Shown here in pieces: positions 1 to 12,329 of a stretch of DNA of 64,000 nt; the stretch's first letter is position 1; each line of letters starts with the position of its first letter. Below the pieces are notes generated by a model. The model made no database searches and was not told the origin of the DNA. It saw only the letters and a list, made by a program, of their open reading frames with translations. This stretch comes from an uncultured Muribaculaceae bacterium (GTDB lineage: Bacteria; Bacteroidota; Bacteroidia; Bacteroidales; Muribaculaceae). The DNA lies in the NCBI GenBank assembly GCA_948665475.1, contig CAPNHY010000008.1, positions 5,928 to 69,927 on the forward strand, written 5' to 3'. Made by a program: the position numbers and the translations under genes.

Positions 1-136
1 TGATGTCGACGGCGTTCAGCATGAGTTCCAGCGAGATGAGGATGGCGATCATGTTGCGGCGGGTGATGAAACCGTAGACGCCGCAGCAGAACATAATCAT
101 CGCCGGAATCAGGAGCATAATGGCTTTGATGTCCAT
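1..136 (-). CDS. nuoK: NADH-quinone oxidoreductase subunit K (5' part, runs off window)
   Basis: Manual translation [55 protein letters not shown] motif; follows nuoJ. Confidence 0.93.
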   Translation of the reverse strand, partial: MDIKAIMLLIPAMIMFCCGVYGFITRRNMIAILISLELMLNAVDI

Positions 137-149
137 GACGGGTGTGGTT

Positions 150-662
150 TTAACGTTTGCGGGCGATTACGACGCCACCGATTATACATGCGAGCAGCAG
201 CACGCTTATCGCCTCGAAGGGCAGCAGATAGCCGCCGTCGCCGGTGCTCATCATTGCACTGCCCACCTGCTGCATGGTGGGAGTGTCGGCCACGGGCTTG
301 GCCGCATACAGCGAGCAGCGGCTCACCAGCGAATAGCCGGCCACGGCGAGCATGGCGAGCGATGCCACGGCGCCGAGGAGCTTCGACTTGGAGCTTAGCA
401 GCTCCGAGTTGTGGCCGGGACGGCTCGTGAGCAGGATGCTGAAGACGAACAGCACGACGATGCCGCCAGCATACACCGCAATCTGCACGGCACCCAGAAA
501 CTCATAGTCGAGCATGAAGTAGACGCATGCTGCGGCAAAGAGGGTGAAGAGCAGATATGTGGCTGCACGCAGAATCTTGCGTGAGGTGACGGCCAGTACG
601 GAGAACACCACCATCGCAAGGGCGACGATGACGTAGAGAATGATACTTCCTACTGATTCCAT
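150..662 (-). CDS. nuoJ: NADH-quinone oxidoreductase subunit J
   Basis: Hydrophobic 170 aa with [20 protein letters not shown] and [12 protein letters not shown] motifs. Confidence 0.95.
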   Translation of the reverse strand: MESVGSIILYVIVALAMVVFSVLAVTSRKILRAATYLLFTLFAAACVYFMLDYEFLGAVQIAVYAGGIVVLFVFSILLTSRPGHNSELLSSKSKLLGAVASLAMLAVAGYSLVSRCSLYAAKPVADTPTMQQVGSAMMSTGDGGYLLPFEAISVLLLACIIGGVVIARKR

Positions 663-671
663 ATTGCAGAG

Positions 672-1289
672 TTATTGTTTTTCGGGTGTTGGTGCATCGC
701 CGGCGGCCTTTGCGGCTGCCTCGCGGGCGGCTTTGGCTGCGGCTGCCTTGGCTTTTGCGGCCTCTATCTTGGCCTGACGCTCGGCCTCGGCTGCGGCTAT
801 CTGTTCGGGGGTGGGGGCTGGTTCCTCCTTCTCGGGGAGATAGTTGAGCTTCATAATGAGCTTGTCGCGCGTGTAGACGGCGGTCTCGAAGTCGTTGCTG
901 AAGCGCAGTGCGCCGGTGGGGCAGGTGGTGGCGCAGAGCTGGCAGAAGGTGCAGCTGCCCAAATCGTAGATGTAGCGGTCGAGTTTCTTCTTTTTGCCTG
1001 TGAGGGTGTCGACCATCTTGGACTCGATCTTGATGGTGCCGTTGGGGCAGTTGCGCTCGCAGGTGCCGCAGGCTATGCACTTGTGGTTGCCTTCGGCGTC
1101 GTAGATCAGTTCGAGCTGTGCGCGGAAGCGCGGTGCTGCCGGTCCGGGGTTGTCGGCTGTCTTGCGGTTGTCGGGATACTCCTCGGTGATTTTCGGGGTA
1201 ATAAATTCCTTACCCGTGACCTGTAGGCCTTTCACGAGGCTTGCTATGCCCGTTCCTAAGGATGAAAAGTAATCTTTTACGCTACCCAT
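672..1289 (-). CDS. nuoI: NADH-quinone oxidoreductase subunit I (2x[4Fe-4S])
   Basis: CIACGTCERNCP and CTFCQLCATTCP ferredoxin motifs; Ala-rich C-terminal tail. Confidence 0.95.
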   Translation of the reverse strand: MGSVKDYFSSLGTGIASLVKGLQVTGKEFITPKITEEYPDNRKTADNPGPAAPRFRAQLELIYDAEGNHKCIACGTCERNCPNGTIKIESKMVDTLTGKKKKLDRYIYDLGSCTFCQLCATTCPTGALRFSNDFETAVYTRDKLIMKLNYLPEKEEPAPTPEQIAAAEAERQAKIEAAKAKAAAAKAAREAAAKAAGDAPTPEKQ

Positions 1290-1340
1290 TGAGTATGCTG
1301 TTGATTGGTTTTTATTTGTATGGTGTGGCTGCGGGAGGTG

Positions 1341-2243
1341 TCATTGTTCGCGCACCTGGCCGCCGACGATGTCGAGCAGCTCGGTGGTGATGCCTTGCTG
1401 GCGCAGCTTGTTGTATTCGAGTTGGAGTTGTTCGAGGAGCTTGCGTGCGTTGTCGCTCGCGGCCTGCATGGCCATGACGCGCGCGGCCTGCTCGGATGCC
1501 CTGTTTTCGGCGAAGGCGTCGTGCAGCGATGCCAGCAGGTGCATGGGCAGGAGAGTGCGGAAGATGGTCTGCGGGTCGGGCTCGTAGATGTAGGGGCGCC
1601 CTGCGCGGTGTGCCTCGGGGGTGTCGGTGCCTCCGGTGAGGGTGACGGGGTCGACGGGCAGGAGCTGTTCGGCCACGGGACGCTGACGTCCGGCGCTGTG
1701 GTAGTGCATGTAGGCCATGTCGACGCGGTCAAGCTCGCCTGCGCAGAAGCGGGCACTGACGGTGTCGAGGAGCTTGCGGACGGCGTCGCCGTCGCTCTTG
1801 CTGTCGACACCCTCGGCCTGCGTGACGACGGCCCGGCCGTCGGCGAAGATGCGGGCCACGGCCTTGTGCATCTTCGAGCCTACGGCGAGAATCTCCACCT
1901 CAAGGCCTTCGCCGGCTGCGGCGCGCAGGGCGTCGGCGTGCGCCTGGACGAACTTGGAGAGGTTGGCGTTGTAGGCTCCGCAGAGGCCGTCGTCGCTGCC
2001 GAAGGCTATGATGCAGATGCGTCGCAGCTCGCGGGTCTCGGTCAGCGGCGAGGTGAACTCGGCGTCGGAACTGAGCAGGTCGGCGATGATACCCCGGATG
2101 CCGCTGCGGAATGGCACGAGCCTGCGCAGAGCCTGCTCGGCCTTGCGCATCTTGGCGGAGGAGATCATCTTCATGGCTCCGGTGATTTTCTCTGTGGAGG
2201 CCACGGAGCCGATTCGTCCTTTGAGTTCTCTTAGTGTTGCCAT
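1341..2243 (-). CDS. atpG: ATP synthase F1 gamma subunit
   Basis: KITGAMKMIS, DGLCGAYN, ASEQAARVMAM, YNKLRQQGITTELLDI motifs. Confidence 0.97.
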   Translation of the reverse strand: MATLRELKGRIGSVASTEKITGAMKMISSAKMRKAEQALRRLVPFRSGIRGIIADLLSSDAEFTSPLTETRELRRICIIAFGSDDGLCGAYNANLSKFVQAHADALRAAAGEGLEVEILAVGSKMHKAVARIFADGRAVVTQAEGVDSKSDGDAVRKLLDTVSARFCAGELDRVDMAYMHYHSAGRQRPVAEQLLPVDPVTLTGGTDTPEAHRAGRPYIYEPDPQTIFRTLLPMHLLASLHDAFAENRASEQAARVMAMQAASDNARKLLEQLQLEYNKLRQQGITTELLDIVGGQVREQ

Positions 2244-2281
2244 TTTGTAGGGTTGAAGCCTGGGGTATTAAAGCTTATGAA

Positions 2282-3850
2282 TTAGAATTGACCTGCCACC
2301 TGCTCCGCGGCTTCCGCGAGCGCGGCCGTGGCCTCGTCGGAGAGCTTGCCGGCACGGATGTCGTCGAGGGCGGAGGAGTATTTGGCGTGCATGAGCTGTA
2401 GGAACTGTTTCTCGAACTCGGCCACCTTTTCCAGAGGCACTTTCTCGAGCAGGCCGTTGACGCCGCAGTAGATTACGGCAACCTCGTCCTCGACGTTCAT
2501 GGGATGGTACTGCGGCTGTATGAGCAGGCGCTCGTTCTTGCGGCCCTTGTCGATGACGCGTGCGGTCACGGGGTCGATGTCGCCGCCGAACTTGGTGAAG
2601 GATTCCAGCTCGCGGAACTGTGCCTGGTCGATTTTCAGTGTGCCGGCCACCTTCTTCATGGACTTGATCTGCGCGTTGCCGCCCACACGGCTCACGGAGA
2701 TGCCGACGTTGATGGCGGGGCGTATGCCTCGGTTGAAGAGGGCCGTCTCAAGGAAGATCTGGCCGTCGGTGATGGAGATGACGTTGGTGGGGATGTAGGC
2801 CGATACGTCGCCTGCCTGAGTCTCGATGATGGGGAGCGCCGTGAGCGAGCCGCCGCCCTTGACGATGGGGCGGAGCACCTCGGGGAGGTCGTTCATGCGT
2901 GAGGCCACTTCCTGGTTGTCGATGATCTTGGCGGCGCGTTCCAGCAGGCGTGAGTGCAGGTAGAATATGTCGCCGGGGTAAGCCTCGCGGCCCGAGGGGC
3001 GCTTGAGTATAAGCGAAATCTCGCGGTATGCCACGGCCTGCTTGGAGAGGTCGTCGTAGACGATGAGGGCGTCGCGGCCGGTGTCGCGGATGAACTCGCC
3101 GATGGCTACGCCTGCGAAGGGGGCGAAGTAGCGCATGGTGGCTGACTCGGCAGCAGTGGCTGCGACAACTACGGTGTAGTCGAGGGCGCCGTTGCGGCGG
3201 AGGGTGTCGACAATGGCTGCCACGCTGGATGCCTTCTGGCCGATGGCTACGTAGATGCAGTAGACGGGTTTGCCGGCCTCGAAGTTCTGGCGCTGGTTGA
3301 TGATGGTGTCGATGGCGATGGCCGTCTTGCCTATCTGGCGGTCGCCGATGATGAGCTCGCGCTGTCCGCGGCCTATGGGCACCATGGCGTCGATAGCCTT
3401 GAGGCCCGTCTGCAGGGGCTGCTTCACGGGCTGGCGGTAGATGACGCCGGGAGCCTTGCGCTCCAGAGGCATGAGCATGCGGTCGCCGGCGATGGGTCCG
3501 CGTCCGTCGATGGGCTCGCCCAGCACGTTGATGACACGTCCGAAGAGACCTTCGCCGACGGGGATGGATGCGATCTCGCCGGTGCGTTTCACCTTCATTC
3601 CCTCGGAAACGGCGGTGATGTTGTTGAGCAGCACGACGCCTACGTTGCTTTCCTCGAGGTTGAGAGCCACGCCCTTGGTGCCGTTTTCAAATTCTACGAG
3701 CTCGTTGTAGCATACGCGGTCGAGACCGTAGACGTGTGCCACGCCGTCGCTCACCTCGAGGACAGTGCCCGTTTCTTCGAAGCTGACCTGCTGGTTGACG
3801 CTTTCGAGTTGTTGTTTGAGAACTTCGGAGATCTCGCTGGGATTAATCAT
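2282..3850 (-). CDS. atpA: ATP synthase F1 alpha subunit
   Basis: [50 protein letters not shown]. Confidence 0.98.
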   Translation of the reverse strand: MINPSEISEVLKQQLESVNQQVSFEETGTVLEVSDGVAHVYGLDRVCYNELVEFENGTKGVALNLEESNVGVVLLNNITAVSEGMKVKRTGEIASIPVGEGLFGRVINVLGEPIDGRGPIAGDRMLMPLERKAPGVIYRQPVKQPLQTGLKAIDAMVPIGRGQRELIIGDRQIGKTAIAIDTIINQRQNFEAGKPVYCIYVAIGQKASSVAAIVDTLRRNGALDYTVVVAATAAESATMRYFAPFAGVAIGEFIRDTGRDALIVYDDLSKQAVAYREISLILKRPSGREAYPGDIFYLHSRLLERAAKIIDNQEVASRMNDLPEVLRPIVKGGGSLTALPIIETQAGDVSAYIPTNVISITDGQIFLETALFNRGIRPAINVGISVSRVGGNAQIKSMKKVAGTLKIDQAQFRELESFTKFGGDIDPVTARVIDKGRKNERLLIQPQYHPMNVEDEVAVIYCGVNGLLEKVPLEKVAEFEKQFLQLMHAKYSSALDDIRAGKLSDEATAALAEAAEQVAGQF

Positions 3851-3893
3851 TGTAGCTGGGGAGGTTGTTTTGTTTCAGAATGTCTGAAAGGTG

Positions 3894-4442
3894 TTAAGCC
3901 TTTGATAAGTTGAGGCGCATCTGTTCGAGACGGTTGAGCGCCGATGCGTCAAGTCGCTCGTTGGCGATGTCGATGGCGAAGCCTCCTATGAGCGCGGGGT
4001 CCACTTTTTCGGTGTACTCCATGGAGGCGTCGGGGCCTATGTGGCGCTGAACGAGTGCCTGCATGCGCTTGCTCTCGTCGGGCGTCAGCGGCGTGGCCGA
4101 TGTGACGACGACGGGGTAGATGGAGCGCCGGTCGCGGTAGTAGTCGACGTAGGCGCGCGCAATGTCGGGAGCCATGCCGCAGCGCCGGTTGCGGGCGAGT
4201 ACCCGCAGCCAGTCGGCGAAAGTGGAGTCGTCGGCGGTGGCGCCTGCGGCGGTCTCGAGCAGGCGCCGCTTGTCGTCGTCGGCTATGTAGGGGTTGGCCA
4301 GTGTGCGTGCCAGCTGAGGCTCGCGCTGAGCCTCGGCAGCGAGGGTGCGCATCAGGGTGTACATGCGCTCGGCCCGGCTTCTTTGCTCGGCCACCTCGTA
4401 CAGTGCTCTGGCGTATCGGCGTGGTATCAGACCTTCGTTCAT
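3894..4442 (-). CDS. atpH: ATP synthase F1 delta subunit
   Basis: Start chosen at MNEGLIPRRYARAL; C-terminal VDPALIGGF; position between atpF and atpA. Confidence 0.93.
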   Translation of the reverse strand: MNEGLIPRRYARALYEVAEQRSRAERMYTLMRTLAAEAQREPQLARTLANPYIADDDKRRLLETAAGATADDSTFADWLRVLARNRRCGMAPDIARAYVDYYRDRRSIYPVVVTSATPLTPDESKRMQALVQRHIGPDASMEYTEKVDPALIGGFAIDIANERLDASALNRLEQMRLNLSKA

Positions 4443-4453
4443 TACCGTGGAGT

Positions 4454-4951
4454 TCAGTTGTTGCTTTCTATCTCGGTGAGGAGTTTGTCGACGAGCTGCC
4501 TCTGGGCCTTGTCCTGCGCCATGTTCTGCTGCATCACCTTGCCGGCGATGTCGAGAGCGATGGTGCCGATGTTGGCCCGGAGAGCCTGCTCGGCCTCTTT
4601 CTGCTGCTGGGCGATGGAAGCCTTGGCGGCGTCCATGACTTTCTGGGCCTCGGCCTGCGCGGCGGAACGTGCTTCCTCGATGATATGCGCTTTCATGCGG
4701 TCGGCCTCGCGCAGCTCGTCGGCCTGGCGGCGCCGTGCCTCGCGCAGCATGTCGTCGGCCTCGCGCTGTGCGCCGTCGAGGCGTTCCTTGGCTTCCTGAG
4801 CGTACTCCACGCCTTTGTCGATAAGGTCTGCACGGCTGTCGACGCTTTTCAGGATGACTGGCCAGGCACACTTCCACAGGATGAGGAAGAGGATGCCGAA
4901 GGCTATGAACATCCAGAAAATCAAGCCAAAATCAGGCGTGAACAGTTCCAT
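4454..4951 (-). CDS. atpF: ATP synthase Fo subunit b
   Basis: PDFGLIFW N-terminal TM helix followed by charged coiled coil. Confidence 0.95.
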   Translation of the reverse strand: MELFTPDFGLIFWMFIAFGILFLILWKCAWPVILKSVDSRADLIDKGVEYAQEAKERLDGAQREADDMLREARRRQADELREADRMKAHIIEEARSAAQAEAQKVMDAAKASIAQQQKEAEQALRANIGTIALDIAGKVMQQNMAQDKAQRQLVDKLLTEIESNN

Positions 4952-4975
4952 TCGTGGCGTTGGGGGATAGAGAGA

Positions 4976-5227
<252 letters not shown>

Positions 5228-5262
5228 TTAATGGGTTTGATGTGTATTTGTTTTTGCTTGTT

Positions 5263-6345
5263 TCATTTGCTTTCGGCCGGCTCGGGCTTGTGGTGGGGCT
5301 CCTCGTTGGCCAGGGATATGAATATGGTGCTGAGCATCGTGAACACGTAGGCCTGGATGAAGCTTACGAGTACGTCGATAAGCAGCATGAACACGCTGAA
5401 TATCATGGAGACAGCCGTCGCCACTCCGCCTGCCACGGCGCTGACGGCCGCGAAGATGAAGATGAGCAGCGTGAGCACGAGCACGATCATGTGACCGCCC
5501 ATCATGTTGGCGAACAGACGAACCGTCAGGGCGGCGGGCTTGGTGAACATGCCGAAAACCTCTATCAGGGGCATGATGGGTAGGGGGAACTTGAGCCACA
5601 GGGGCACGTCGGGCCAGAATATGTCTTTCCAGTAGTGGCGGTTGCCGAAGATGTTGGTGACAAGGAAGGTGAGGAGCGCGAGCACCAGGGTGATGGCGAT
5701 GTTGCCCGTGAGGTTGGCGCCGCCCGGGAACACTACCATCAGGCCCATGAGGTTCATCGTGAAGATGAAGAAGAACACCGTCAGCAGATAAGGGGCGAAG
5801 CGTGCGGCGTTCTTGCCGAGCGTGCTCTTGATGACGGAGCCGTAGATGAAGTCGATTATGAGTTCCAGGAAGCCCAGACCCTTGCGGGGAGCCTTGTAGC
5901 CGTTGCGGCGGTAGTAGCGCACGAGGGCCATGAGCATAGCCACGACCACGACTACCGAGATGAACAGCGCGCACACGTTCTTGGTGATGGAGATGTCGAA
6001 GGGACGCGATTCCTTGCCGTCGGCGCTGATTTCCACTATCTTGCCGCGGTACTCGCTGTCCTTGCCGCCGATGCGGAAGCTGACGGCGCCGTCGCGGTAG
6101 GTCTCGCCGCCGGTGATGCGGGCCGAGGAGAACACGTGCAGCCCGTCGCTGCCCCAGACGATGCAGGGCAGGGGAATGCGGTGGTGATGGTCGAAGGGCA
6201 CTTCCCATCCGTAGCCGTCGCCCAGGTGCTCGAAGATGATTTCCTTGGGGTTGATGGCGCCGGACCCGTCGCCGCTGCCGGAGGCCGTTGCGGCCGGTAC
6301 TGCGAGCGCGAGCAGGAATGCAAATATAGAGAGTAGTCGCTTCAT
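5263..6345 (-). CDS. atpB: ATP synthase Fo subunit a
   Basis: KPAALTVRLFANMMGGH and FIQAYVFTML motifs; Bacteroidetes-type N-terminal extension. Confidence 0.96.
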   Translation of the reverse strand: MKRLLSIFAFLLALAVPAATASGSGDGSGAINPKEIIFEHLGDGYGWEVPFDHHHRIPLPCIVWGSDGLHVFSSARITGGETYRDGAVSFRIGGKDSEYRGKIVEISADGKESRPFDISITKNVCALFISVVVVVAMLMALVRYYRRNGYKAPRKGLGFLELIIDFIYGSVIKSTLGKNAARFAPYLLTVFFFIFTMNLMGLMVVFPGGANLTGNIAITLVLALLTFLVTNIFGNRHYWKDIFWPDVPLWLKFPLPIMPLIEVFGMFTKPAALTVRLFANMMGGHMIVLVLTLLIFIFAAVSAVAGGVATAVSMIFSVFMLLIDVLVSFIQAYVFTMLSTIFISLANEEPHHKPEPAESK

Positions 6346-6350
6346 GGTGT

Positions 6351-6587
6351 TCAGTAGACGCAGACGCTGATGATGTTGTTGTCGATATCGGCCACACCGC
6401 CGGGGATTTCGTGCTCCTGCTCGGTGTCGTCGGTCAGGCGGTAGCGCACCTGTCCCTTTGCCAGCAGGGCCACGAGGGATGCGTGGTTGCGGAGGACGGT
6501 GAATTCGCCCATCTGTCCGGGCAGGGTTGCCGCCTTCACTTCTCCCTCAAAGAGGACTGATTCTGCCGATATGATTTTCAGTGTCAT
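6351..6587 (-). CDS. atpC: ATP synthase F1 epsilon subunit (beta-sandwich only)
   Basis: LPGQMGEFTVLRNHASL motif; 78 aa. Confidence 0.93.
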   Translation of the reverse strand: MTLKIISAESVLFEGEVKAATLPGQMGEFTVLRNHASLVALLAKGQVRYRLTDDTEQEHEIPGGVADIDNNIISVCVY

Positions 6588-6614
6588 AGTTCTGCGGGTT
6601 TAAACCTTATACTC

Positions 6615-8156
<1,542 letters not shown>

Positions 8157-9233
8157 TTAGAAATGCCAGCCCAGGACGATGATGCACACCATGAGGGCGA
8201 GGTTGAACAGGCCGATGGGGAGGAGGTATTTCCACTCCATGGCGAGCACCTGGTCGATGCGCAGGCGGGGGAAGGTCCACTTGAACCAGATGATGATGGC
8301 GCTGAGGGCGATAGCCTTGCCGAGGAACCAGATGACACTGGGGATGTAGTCCATGATGTGGTTGAAGGCTTCCCATCCGGGTATGTGCAGGGGCATCCAT
8401 CCGCCGAAGAAGAGGAGTGCGGCGACGCCGGAGACGATGAACAGGTTGAGGTACTCGGCGAGGTAGAAGAAACCGAAGTGTATGCCGGAGTACTCGGTGT
8501 GGTAGCCGGCAGTCAGCTCGCTCTCGGCCTCGGGAAGGTCGAACGGGCCGCGGTTGGTCTCGGCGGTGCCTGCAATCATGTAGATGATGAAGGCGATGAT
8601 GGCGGGGATGTGGCCCTTGAAGATGAACCAGCCGTCGTTCTGCGCGGCAACGATGTCGCCGACGCTCATGCTGCCTGCGAATGCCACCATGGTGACGATG
8701 CTCAGGCCGATGGAGAGCTCGTAGCTGACCATCTGCGCGCCGGAACGCATGGCGCCGATGAGGGTGAACTTGTTGCTCGACGACCATCCTGCAAGGAGTA
8801 TGCCGAGGACGCCGATGCTCGATACGGCCATCAGGAAGAATATGCCGATGTTGAAGTCGATGATCTGCAGTCCGTTGCCCCAGGGCAGCACGGCGAATGC
8901 CAGCATGGAGGCCAGAATCACCAGATAGGGCGCCAGGGCGAAGAGGAACTTATCGGTGTACTTTAGTGAGATAAGCTCCTTGATGAGGATTTTGAACATA
9001 TCGGCGAAGCTCTGGAGCAGACCCCAGGGGCCGACGCGGTTGGGGCCGAGGCGGCATTGGACGAAGGCGCAGAGCTTGCGTTCGTAGTAGATGTAGAAGA
9101 GCGCCAGCAGGGAGTAGGCCAGAAGCAGGCCCACGCCTATGAGCACGCATTCCACCGTGACGGTGAGCCACGTGGGCATGAAGCCCGAGAGGAAGGAGTG
9201 GATGGCGTCTGTGATTACCGACAAATCGTACAT
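8157..9233 (-). CDS. nuoH: NADH-quinone oxidoreductase subunit H
   Basis: [45 protein letters not shown]. Confidence 0.97.
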   Translation of the reverse strand: MYDLSVITDAIHSFLSGFMPTWLTVTVECVLIGVGLLLAYSLLALFYIYYERKLCAFVQCRLGPNRVGPWGLLQSFADMFKILIKELISLKYTDKFLFALAPYLVILASMLAFAVLPWGNGLQIIDFNIGIFFLMAVSSIGVLGILLAGWSSSNKFTLIGAMRSGAQMVSYELSIGLSIVTMVAFAGSMSVGDIVAAQNDGWFIFKGHIPAIIAFIIYMIAGTAETNRGPFDLPEAESELTAGYHTEYSGIHFGFFYLAEYLNLFIVSGVAALLFFGGWMPLHIPGWEAFNHIMDYIPSVIWFLGKAIALSAIIIWFKWTFPRLRIDQVLAMEWKYLLPIGLFNLALMVCIIVLGWHF

Positions 9234-9275
9234 AATGCGGTGTATCTTATTGGTTTGTTAGTTGTTGCGTGAGTA

Positions 9276-10910
9276 TCAGCGATCCATGTCGGGAACGATG
9301 TAGTCCATCGAGCCGCCGATGGTGATGAGGTCGGCAATCTTCTCGCCGCGGCAGAGGTGGTCGACCACACCGGCAGCGGGCATGGAGGGCGTTGCGAACT
9401 TGAGGCGCGCGGGCTTGGTGCCGCCGTCGCTCTCGAGGTGCATGCCGAAGACGCCGCGGCAGCCTTCGACGAGCTGGAACCACTGTCCGACGGGCAGCTT
9501 GAAGAGCTTGGGCACCTTGACGAGGTATTCGCCTTCGGGGATGTTGTCGACGAGCTGCTCCAGGATTCTGGCGCTCTCGCGGATTTCGTCGAGACGTACC
9601 TTGAAGCGTGCCATGGAGTCGCCCTCGGTGCGGATGACCTCGTTGAAGTCGAGTTCGGGATAGATGCTGTAGGGGCGCCATTTGCGGATGTCGCATGCCC
9701 AGCCGGAGGCGCGTCCGTTGGGGCCGGTGACGCCGTAGCTGATGGCGTCCTCGCGCGAGAGCACGCCTACGCCTTCCATGCGGTTGCGGGCGATGACATT
9801 GCCGACGAACACTTTCTCGTATTCGCGGAGGTTGGCGGGTATCACCTTGAGCAGTTCCTTGACGTCGTGCCGGAAATTGCTGTCGAGGTCCTGCATGACG
9901 CCGCCTATGCAGTCGTAGTTGAAGGTCATGCGGGCGCCGCATGTGCGCTCCATGATGTCGAGAATCTGCTCACGCACGCGGAGCGTGTAGAAGAGCATGG
10001 AGGTGGCGCCGAGGTCCATGCAGAAGGTTCCCATGAAGAGGCAGTGGGAGGCTATGCGCGAGAGCTCGTCCATCATGACACGGATGACCTGCGCGCGGCG
10101 CGAGATCTCGATGCCGGCGGCGCGCTCGTAGAGGAGGCAGAGGCCGTGGTGGTAGTTCTGGGCCGAGAAGTAGTCCATTCGGTCGAGATAGTGGAGCGTC
10201 TGGGGGTAGCCCTGTTGCTCGCACAGCTTCTCGATGCCTCGGTGGATGTAGCCCATGTAGACGTCGATCTTCTTGATTTTCTCGCCGTCGACGGCCGTGC
10301 GGAAGCGGAGCACGCCGTGGGTGGCGGGGTGCTGGGGGCCGATGTTGACCACGAAGTCGTCGGGCCCGAACACCTGCACCTGTGTCTTCTCGACGGTGCC
10401 GTCGGGCTTTTCCACCCAGCTGTCGGTGAAGTCGCTCTGTCGCTCGTTGTCGGCGGGAACGGGGTTGGCCTCGGGCGAGCAGTCATAGTCCTTGCGCAGC
10501 GGGTATCCCTGCCAGTCGATGCTGAGGAAGAGACGGCGCATGTCGGGGTTGCCGATGAATATGATGCCGTAGAAGTCGTAGACTTCACGCTCGTAGAGCC
10601 CTGCGTTCTTCCAGAGGTCGCTTACGCTGTGGAGCATGGGCTTCTCGCGGCCGCCGGTGGCGAGTACTGTCACGCCGAGGTTGGTGTTGAGCGAGGTCGA
10701 CATCAGGTAGTAGATGCAGCCCATGGAGTCGGTGTGGTCGAAACCGGCGATGGTAACGAGGTAGTCCATAGCCAGGTCGCTGTTGTCGCGGAGAGCCTTA
10801 GCCAGCTCATGCCAGTGTGCGTCGTCGACGCTTATCATGGGGGCGCCGTCAACCTCGGCCACGGAAGCCGTGGGGCATATTTTGGCAATAGTTTCTTGAA
10901 GGGTTGCCAT
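9276..10910 (-). CDS. nuoCD: NADH-quinone oxidoreductase fused subunit C/D
   Basis: EREVYDFYGI..GYPLRKD (NuoC) and NIGPQHPATHGVLR, GYIHRGIEK (NuoD); no NiFe-binding CxxC. Confidence 0.96.
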   Translation of the reverse strand: MATLQETIAKICPTASVAEVDGAPMISVDDAHWHELAKALRDNSDLAMDYLVTIAGFDHTDSMGCIYYLMSTSLNTNLGVTVLATGGREKPMLHSVSDLWKNAGLYEREVYDFYGIIFIGNPDMRRLFLSIDWQGYPLRKDYDCSPEANPVPADNERQSDFTDSWVEKPDGTVEKTQVQVFGPDDFVVNIGPQHPATHGVLRFRTAVDGEKIKKIDVYMGYIHRGIEKLCEQQGYPQTLHYLDRMDYFSAQNYHHGLCLLYERAAGIEISRRAQVIRVMMDELSRIASHCLFMGTFCMDLGATSMLFYTLRVREQILDIMERTCGARMTFNYDCIGGVMQDLDSNFRHDVKELLKVIPANLREYEKVFVGNVIARNRMEGVGVLSREDAISYGVTGPNGRASGWACDIRKWRPYSIYPELDFNEVIRTEGDSMARFKVRLDEIRESARILEQLVDNIPEGEYLVKVPKLFKLPVGQWFQLVEGCRGVFGMHLESDGGTKPARLKFATPSMPAAGVVDHLCRGEKIADLITIGGSMDYIVPDMDR

Positions 10911-10948
10911 ATATATTATATATGTATATGTTGACAGATTTGACGCGT

Positions 10949-11605
10949 TCAGGCCTGCTTGCCGTCGGCCTCGACGGGATTGGTGTTGAAATCGGCTTTG
11001 TCGTCGATGCCTTCTACGGGATGCTCGCGCAGGAAGTCCTGCTGCTTCTGCTTGCGGTTGACGTCGCCGAAGAAGTGTTCTACCTTGACTTTGCGCGAGA
11101 GCTGCATGATGCTGTAAATCATGGCCTCGGGGCGCGGGGGGCAGCCGGGGAGGTAGACGTCGACGGGGATGATCTGGTCGACGCCGCGTACCACGTGGTA
11201 GCTGTTGCGGAAGGGTCCGCCGCTGATGGCGCAGGCTCCGCAGGCTATGACGTACTTAGGCTCGGCCATCTGGTCGTAGAGGCGTCGCAGCACGGGCGCC
11301 ATGCGGTGGACGATGGTGCCGGCCACCATGATGAAGTCGGCCTGACGTGGCGACGAACGGGCGACTTCCCATCCGAAGCGTGCCATGTCGTAGCGTGCGG
11401 CGCCGAGGCTTACGAACTCGATGCCGCAGCAGCTGGTGGCAAAAGTGAGGGGCCACAGCGAGTTGGACCGGCCCCAGTTGATGAGCTTGTCGAGAGAGCC
11501 CACGATGACGTTGGTGCCGTTCTCCTGGAGCTTCTTGACGAGCGATTCGATATATTCGTTGTCCTTGAATGCCTCGTAGGGCATGCCCTGTGCTGTTACT
11601 TCCAT
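10949..11605 (-). CDS. nuoB: NADH-quinone oxidoreductase subunit B
   Basis: [36 protein letters not shown]. Confidence 0.97.
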   Translation of the reverse strand: MEVTAQGMPYEAFKDNEYIESLVKKLQENGTNVIVGSLDKLINWGRSNSLWPLTFATSCCGIEFVSLGAARYDMARFGWEVARSSPRQADFIMVAGTIVHRMAPVLRRLYDQMAEPKYVIACGACAISGGPFRNSYHVVRGVDQIIPVDVYLPGCPPRPEAMIYSIMQLSRKVKVEHFFGDVNRKQKQQDFLREHPVEGIDDKADFNTNPVEADGKQA

Positions 11606-11976
11606 TCCAAAGCTCCTTTCCGCCAGGCATAAACGAGACCCAGCACTAAAACGCCAAAGAACACTGCGATGCTGAGGAGGCCTCCGAGCCCCATCTCACG
11701 GACGCGGACGGCCCAGGGGAAGAGGAATACCGTCTCGACATCGAACATCAGAAACAGAATGGCAAACAGGTAGTAGCCCACTTTGAACTGAGCCATGCTC
11801 TCGCCGCGTGTGGGGATGCCGCATTCGTAGGCTTCGCCTTTCTGCGGGTTGAACGATTTCGGCGAAATCAGGCCGGCGAGCCATAGGGCGAGCGCCACCA
11901 GGCCGATGCCCGTGAGGGCTGCCGTGATGGCCAGAAGCCCGTTGTTGGAAATTCCGAAAATGTCTAAAGCGATCAT
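11596..11976 (-). CDS. nuoA: NADH-quinone oxidoreductase subunit A
   Basis: [36 protein letters not shown]. Confidence 0.97.
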   Translation of the reverse strand: MIALDIFGISNNGLLAITAALTGIGLVALALWLAGLISPKSFNPQKGEAYECGIPTRGESMAQFKVGYYLFAILFLMFDVETVFLFPWAVRVREMGLGGLLSIAVFFGVLVLGLVYAWRKGALEWK

Positions 11977-12110
11977 ATCGTAGTTGATGGTTTATTTACT
12001 CTCTCGTGCCTCCATACCGATGTGACAGCAGAAATGCTTCGGGGCTATTCTGCTGTAACACAGAGATTATATATCTTTGCCACTGTGCTTCCACGGTGTT
12101 GAGGCTTTTG

Positions 12111-12184
12111 TCGGGGTGACAGGATTCGAACCTGCGACCACCTGGTCCCAAACCAGGTGCGCTACCGGACTGCGCTACGCCCCG
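12111..12184 (-). tRNA. tRNA-Pro (TGG)
   Basis: Reverse complement CGGGGCGTAGCGCAGTCCGGTAGCGCACCTGGTTTGGGACCAGGTGGTCGCAGGTTCGAATCCTGTCACCCCGA folds as a cloverleaf; anticodon TGG; GTTCGAAT T-loop. Confidence 0.97.
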
Positions 12185-12329
12185 CTGCTAAATAGCGATG
12201 CGAATTTACAAAAATTTTCGCACTCCAACAAAAAAAGCTAATTTTGTAGGAGAAAAAAGCCATTTTTGCCGACGATTCTGCGGCTTGGTATGTTTTATAT
12301 CATATGAACTGAATTTGGATTGTATCTAT

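Noticed and set aside
9276..11605. nuoB/nuoCD as a group 4 NiFe hydrogenase
   Set aside because: Large subunit lacks the Ni-binding CxxC motifs, NuoB has the complex I tandem CC, and nuoA/J/K are present
12111..12184. tRNA-Pro as the integration site of an island
   Set aside because: No duplicated tRNA 3' end seen and flanking genes are housekeeping-type
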